From an uncultured Clostridia bacterium (GTDB taxonomy: Bacteria > Bacillota > Clostridia > Christensenellales > UBA1242), in the NCBI GenBank assembly GCA_947584415.1, contig CANPWN010000005.1, forward strand, positions 9,142 through 73,141: a DNA stretch of 64,000 nucleotides. Reading direction: 5' to 3'. Each line of letters starts with the position of its first letter. The stretch's first letter is position 1. Below are positions 63,743 through 64,000 of this stretch, piece after piece. A program made the position numbers and the translations under genes. Under the pieces are notes generated by a model. The model did no database searches. It saw only the letters and a program-made list of their open reading frames with translations, and was not told the origin of the DNA.

Positions 63743-64000
63743 GCTTTCCTCACATTTTCAAAGGTCTGTCTTTGTCCCTTCTTTGTTTGCAAGAACACAG
63801 AACCATTTTTGTCTATGGTCATGACAAGCACTTCTTTAAATGATTTCGCTCCCGCCTTATCCTTTATAAAGTCAGCGACAAAACTTTCATCCACTTCTGC
63901 CACCGGAAGATTGTTTTTCATAAGTTTGCCCTCTGAAATCAAATTGACAGGAATTGTTGCTGGGTCAACTTTTGCCTTTACACTTTCATTTGTTGCGGGT
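63739..64000 (-). CDS. C-terminal part of a DUF421/YetF-like membrane protein; the N-terminus lies beyond the window.
   Basis: The frame stays open upstream of the track's TTG start to the window edge (...VKAKVDPATIPVNLISEGKLMKNNL...). The tail EVLVMTIDKNGSVFLQTKKG is YetF-like. Confidence 0.5.
   Translation of the reverse strand, partial: PATNESVKAKVDPATIPVNLISEGKLMKNNLPVAEVDESFVADFIKDKAGAKSFKEVLVMTIDKNGSVFLQTKKGQRQTFENVRKA

Noticed and set aside
1-64000. Alternative genetic code (TGA=Trp, as in Mollicutes), considered because of the AT-richness and the giant surface proteins.
   Set aside because: All conserved genes (uvrA, uvrB, mfd, hflX, fba) and the 19.2-kb ORF are intact under the standard code. 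Several genes end in TGA (uvrA, pth, hflX).
1-64000. CRISPR arrays, tRNA/rRNA genes, riboswitches and T-boxes.
   Set aside because: I saw no direct-repeat/spacer periodicity, no cloverleaf-like GC-rich islands and no long structured leaders. Intergenic regions are short and are explained by promoters and terminators. I cannot exclude small ncRNAs without a covariance-model search.

Overview
The window is a visibly AT-rich chromosomal segment that uses the standard genetic code: TGA acts as a stop and a 19.2-kb ORF is uninterrupted. Gene content and synteny point to a low-GC Gram-positive, Clostridia-like organism (uvrB-uvrA, glmU-like-pth-mfd, yycJ-like MBL hydrolase followed by an HtrA protease, spoIIID next to an M23/SpoIIQ-like gene, hflX, fba, acpP). 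No rRNA, tRNA, CRISPR array, transposase, integrase or phage gene was recognised.

About 45% of the window is two paralogous giant lipoprotein genes built from Ig-like regions and arrays of GLUG-type GG[IL][VA]G beta-helix repeats. One is complete (32027-51229, 6400 aa). The other starts at 9681 on the minus strand and runs off the window edge, so more than 3227 codons lie in the window; it is absent from the supplied ORF track because it has no stop in the window.

The strongest candidate for something new is at the 3' end of the 6400-aa gene. An 83-bp near-perfect inverted repeat (31270-31352 / 32790-32872) brackets the last ~253 codons of the gene and a promoterless, stop-free alternative C-terminal cassette on the opposite strand. 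The two tails are arranged tail-to-tail around an 18-bp perfect palindrome. This is the topology of a phage Mu G-segment, a shufflon or an intragenic inverton, but no recombinase is encoded nearby.

The second candidate is an orphan VirB3(PrgI)-VirB4 fusion ATPase. It sits in an apparent operon between a PRC-barrel protein and the truncated giant lipoprotein, with no other conjugation or T4SS genes in the window.

Lesser observations are a recurring leaderless-mRNA promoter geometry, a pair of membrane-anchored winged-helix paralogues flanking an orphan gene, a 722-aa orphan protein with an in-frame 18-bp tandem repeat, and degenerate sporulation-related genes.
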